NCBI GenBank assembly: GCA_963840455.1
Contig: CAWIYV010000004.1
Coordinates: 165,809-229,808, forward strand
DNA: 64,000 bases
Source: Nitrospirota bacterium
GTDB taxonomy: Bacteria; Nitrospirota; UBA9217
Direction: 5' to 3'
In this document: positions 60,454-64,000 of the stretch, piece by piece
How positions within the stretch are numbered: position 1 is the stretch's first letter
Layout of the letters: each line of letters begins with the position of its first letter
Translations under genes and position numbers: made by a program
Notes under the pieces: model-generated
What the model was told of the DNA's origin: nothing
The model's database searches: none
What the model saw: only the letters and a program-made list of their open reading frames with translations

Positions 60454-62909
60454 CTACGGTCTTTCCGGCTCTTTCTTCGGCACGTCGTTGTTCTCTTCCT
60501 TCTTCTTCTCCTCCTTGTCCTTCTCGCCCTTTTCGTCGGCCTTGAGCTTCTTCGCCATCTCTTTCAGCCGCTTGTCCACGAGGAAGTTGATGGTGCCTTC
60601 GGGGAAGGTCCCATCCTCAGCCCGCGTTCGCCGGCGGGCAGGCCCGTGAGCAGCTCGATACCCTCGTCGATCGTCTTGACTGCATAGATGTGGAACTTGC
60701 CGTCTTTGATAGCGCGACAACCTCCTGTCTTGAGCATCAGGTTCTTTACGTTGCTCGCAGGAATGACGACGCCGTGTTCGCCGTGAGCCCCTTGGCCTTG
60801 CAGAGCTGGAAGTATCCCTCGAGCTTCTCGTTGACGCCGCCGATGGGCTGGACCTCGCCCTTCTGGTTGACGGAGCCGGTGACGGCGAGGTCCTGCCGGA
60901 GCGGCACTCCGGCAATGGTCGACAGGAGCGTAACAGCTCGGCCGTGGACGCGCTGTCCCCCTCGATGCCGCTGTAGCCTGCTCGAAACAGATGCTGGCCG
61001 ACAGGGACAGGGGCTTCTCCTGGGCATACGTGCCGCCCAGATAGTGCGCTCAGGATGAGCACCCCCTTGTCGTGGGTCCGACCCGTCATCTTGGCCTCAC
61101 GCTCGATGTTGATCACGCCTGCCTGGCCGATAAAGACCCGGCGGTGATTCGGGACGGCTTGCCGAAGGTGATATCTCCGAGATCGTAGACCGACAGGCCG
61201 TTCACCTGGCCGGTGACTGCGCCCGTGTATCCACCATGATGGTGCCGTCGGTCAGGAGCTCCTGGATCGCTCCTCCAGCAAATTCGCCCGGTAGACCTTC
61301 TCGTCCAGCGCTTTGTCCACGTGCCCCGTTTCCACAGTGCGCTTTTCCTCGCGCCCGGCCCAGAAGGACGCCTCGCGCACCAGGTCGGAAAGATCGCTGA
61401 AGCGGAGCGACAGCTTGCCCTTCTTCTCGGCTAGCCGGGCCGCATAATCGATGACCTCCGCCACCGCCTCGCGGCTGAAGGGCAGCAGTTTCTCCTCCGC
61501 GGCCATGGCACCGATGAAGTTGGCGTACCGCGCCTTCTCCTCGCGGGACACGTCCATCTGGGTGTCGAAGTCCGACTTCACCTTGAAGATGCTCCGGAAC
61601 TCCTCGTCGTAGTAATACAACAGGTAATAGAGCCAAGGGCTGCCGAGCATGATTATCTTCAGAGAGATCGGGATGGGCTCGGGCTTGATCCCCGCGGTGG
61701 CGATCCCGTAGAGCTCGCCAATGTCCTCGATCTTGACCTCGTTCTTCTTGATGATTCGCTTGAGCGCGTCCCAGGCAAAGGCTCGAAGCACGTCCATGGC
61801 GTTCATGATGAGGTAGCCGCCGTTCGCCTGGAGCACGGACCCGGACTTGATCATCATGAAGTTGGTGAAGGCCACCCCGAGCCGCATCTTGCGCTCAATA
61901 CGGCCGACGAGGTTGTTGTAGGTGGGATTTGCCTCCTCTACCACCGGGCCGCCCTTCGTCTTCGAATTGTCCACCAGGACGTTGACCCGGTACCGTTCCA
62001 GGAAGCTCGCCCGGTCCATGCCTTCGATGTGGAACGGGAGCTCCGGCGTCTGTCCGAGAAACTCCTTGAGGTTCCCCAGGATGTCCTCCTCAACCTCGAC
62101 GAGGTAGTCGGGGATGCGGTAGTTCGCGCGGTACTTCTCCTTCAGGTCATCAAGCTGGTGACCCATGGCGAAGTGGGCGACCTTGCGGTTCAGTTCGTGG
62201 ATTCTCTCGCGCGCCTCCTTGTCGAGCTGGCGTGCCTTGGACAGAAAATCGCGGATCTCGGTGTCCACCTTCTTTTCCCGGTTGTCCATCTCGAGCCGCT
62301 GCTCCGCGGAGAGATTCTCCACGTCCTCGGCCTGGAGCGGCTTGCCCTTGAAGAGCGGGACCTTCACGATCCCCGTGCGGGTCACCGAGAGCTGAAAGCC
62401 CATTTCCTTCGTCTTGCGGCCCGTGTCCTCGAAGAGGACCTCCTTGGCGCGCTCAAGCTCCTCCTGGATGCCGGTCTTCTTCCTGCTCCTCGTACTCCTT
62501 GGACTCGAAGACCTTGGGGATGGCCGCTCAACATGAGCTCGATGAACTTCTCCATGTCCTGCTGGAGCTCGCGTCCGCTGCCCGGCGCAAGCTTGACCGC
62601 GAGGGGCCGGTCCGGGTCCTTGAAATTGTTGATGTAGCACCAATCCTCGGGCACGGGACGGTCGAGCGAGATGCGCTTCACAATGGACTTGACGATCGTG
62701 TTCCTGCCGGTGCCCGGGACGCCGGACACGAATATGTTATAGCCGTGGTTCCGGATAGAGAGGCCGAACTCGATGGCAGAGACGGCCCGAGCCTGGCCGA
62801 TCACCTCTTCGCGGGGCTTGAGCTCCTCCGTCGTGGCAAACGGGAACTCTGCCGGGTCGCAGGCATGCCGAAGCTCTGCAAGGGGAACGACGAAATCCTT
62901 GATATCCAC
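60454..62909 (-). pseudogene. Lon-like (LonB/LonC/YcbZ-type) AAA protease with multiple frameshifts, possibly assembly errors
   Basis: IGQ.RA, G.PGTGR, ANGGYL, GDSASTAE (Ser) and GGVNEK.EG (Lys) spread over at least five frame segments. Confidence 0.8.
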
Positions 62910-62942
62910 GCTGTGCCTCCTTGGTTACCGTTGCCTGATTAG

Positions 62943-62971
62943 ATTGTAGGGACAGATGAAGGTTCTGTCTA
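62943..62971 (-). promoter_or_regulatory. Sigma70-like promoter for the lon-like gene
   Basis: TAGACA-N17-TACAAT upstream of AGGAGG RBS. Confidence 0.6.
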
Positions 62972-63280
62972 AGGCAGGCGTCACACCGTTCATGACCGAA
63001 AAGGAGCAAATCCCTTTTGCTGGACGCCGTGCTCAGCCGCCCTTTTTAGGCAAGAGTGCATGGGAAAAGCGAACCATGTAAGACTCCTCCTCAGAGGCCC
63101 CTGCATCCCGTGAACAGGGTCGCGCACAAGCATGCCCGGAACAAAGCTGATAAACCACCGGTCATGCCTGCGCGTGCGCAGCGAAAGCGCACATGAATCG
63201 CCATCGTTGCAGGTTAAAGCAGAAGACGCCTGGCATGCCTGCGCGGACCTATGAACCGGGGTGCAGAAAGAAATAAAATC

Positions 63281-63457
63281 TTTTTTTGGGCAGCCCGGTG
63301 CAACGCTGTGCTAAGCATGCCGAACATTGAGTGGTGTTCCAGGTCAGTCCGGGTGAATCCGGCAGCGCTTCCCCTGCGGACGCGCTGCTTTCCGGTGGTG
63401 GTCGTTCCCTGCCTGGCGGGGCATGCATAACGCACAGTTGTCGCAGCCGGGCAGCCC
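63281..63457 (-). repeat. Structured dispersed element I, copy d
   Basis: GGGCTGCCCGGCTGCGACAACTGTGCG..GCAGCGCGTCCGCAGGGGAAGCGCTGC..GCACAGCGTTGCACCGGGCTGCCCAAAAAAA. Confidence 0.85.
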
Positions 63458-63747
63458 TAGGTATTGGTAAAAGCTTCAGACCAATTCAAATATGAACCCA
63501 CTCGATGGGGAGATGAACCATTTCGAAGATCATGCCTGCTCTTCATCATAACAGAGGCAAGGGACGCTCTCCGCAGCATGTTACCGATGACAAACAGCCA
63601 TTCCCGGAACCAATTGACGAAAAGTGACCGCTCTGCAACAGACCGCAACCGCTAAAATTGTGTTGATTTCTTGGAGAGCGGACCCGGACCTGATAATCGC
63701 CGCCATAGGTTTTTCCGGCGCGCTCACCCATCAGAGAGGAGCACGGC

Positions 63748-64000
63748 ATGAACCGTTCGAAGTTCCTGGCCCCCCAACCGACCAATGTCCTGGCGCGGGA
63801 ACGTCTCATCAACAGGCTCGGCGCGTGGGATGACAAGAAGCTGGTGATCATTCATGCGCAGGCGGGCCAGGGTAAGAGCACGCTTGCCGCCGGGTTCGCA
63901 GCGTCGCTCCCCCTACCGACCGTCTGGTATACCATGGATGCCGGAGATGATGATCCCGCGGTGTTCCTCTCCTGCCTCGCGCAGGCCCTTCAGTCCGCCC
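63748..64000 (+). CDS. MalT-like STAND ATPase regulator, N-terminus (runs off window)
   Basis: SKFLAP..RERL, AQAGQGKSTL, W.TMD.GDDDP.VF; GAGGAG RBS. Confidence 0.85.
   Translation, partial: MNRSKFLAPQPTNVLARERLINRLGAWDDKKLVIIHAQAGQGKSTLAAGFAASLPLPTVWYTMDAGDDDPAVFLSCLAQALQSA

Noticed and set aside
60454-62909. Programmed frameshifting or true pseudogenisation of the lon-like gene
   Set aside because: At least five frame changes with intact motifs and normal codon usage, plus apparent compensating indels in the neighbouring OMP gene, fit local sequencing or assembly errors better. Read mapping is needed to decide.
62925-63077. Second GG-UGA selenoprotein by read-through
   Set aside because: The hairpin loop (AGGGA) lacks GU, the read-through peptide is not protein-like, and it overlaps the TAGACA-N17-TACAAT lon promoter.
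63287-63303. Element I 3' arm as a sigma54 promoter
   Set aside because: The GG-N10-GC register differs between copies and orientation to genes is inconsistent.

Overview
GC-rich (roughly 60% by eye) bacterial chromosome segment. Gene content (TIGR04442-like gene next to lptFG, AddAB, class II photolyase, GEMM riboswitches) suggests a Nitrospirota or deltaproteobacterial-type organism; this is inference only. Most of it is housekeeping: transglutaminase/ABC/SulP cluster, smc, transglycosylase, TlpA, lptFG, coaE, Fe-S/FAD D-lactate dehydrogenase, rph, a TPP-riboswitch thiS-X-thiG-thiE-thiC-M23-thiD operon, cobUTSC, tRNA-Gly(CCC), trxA, addBA, EndoQ, photolyase and a frameshifted Lon-like gene. 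Signals the ORF track misses: (1) a 51-codon membrane micro-ORF with an in-frame UGA followed by a bacterial SECIS-like hairpin (candidate new selenoprotein, 13327-13482, downstream of TlpA); (2) a four-copy ~160-270 nt structured intergenic element with strand-specific G.U pairing, one copy invaded by a second MITE-like family; (3) a decayed integron (intI with two internal deletions, Pc, attI core, 4-5 cassettes); (4) two c-di-GMP-I riboswitches with ON-type terminators, one driving a PilZ-like gene; (5) a duplicated lon 3' tail bracketing a 2.6 kb insertion; (6) a ThiS with a 10-aa tail after the Gly-Gly motif, next to an unknown gene. All calls are by-eye readings without database searches.
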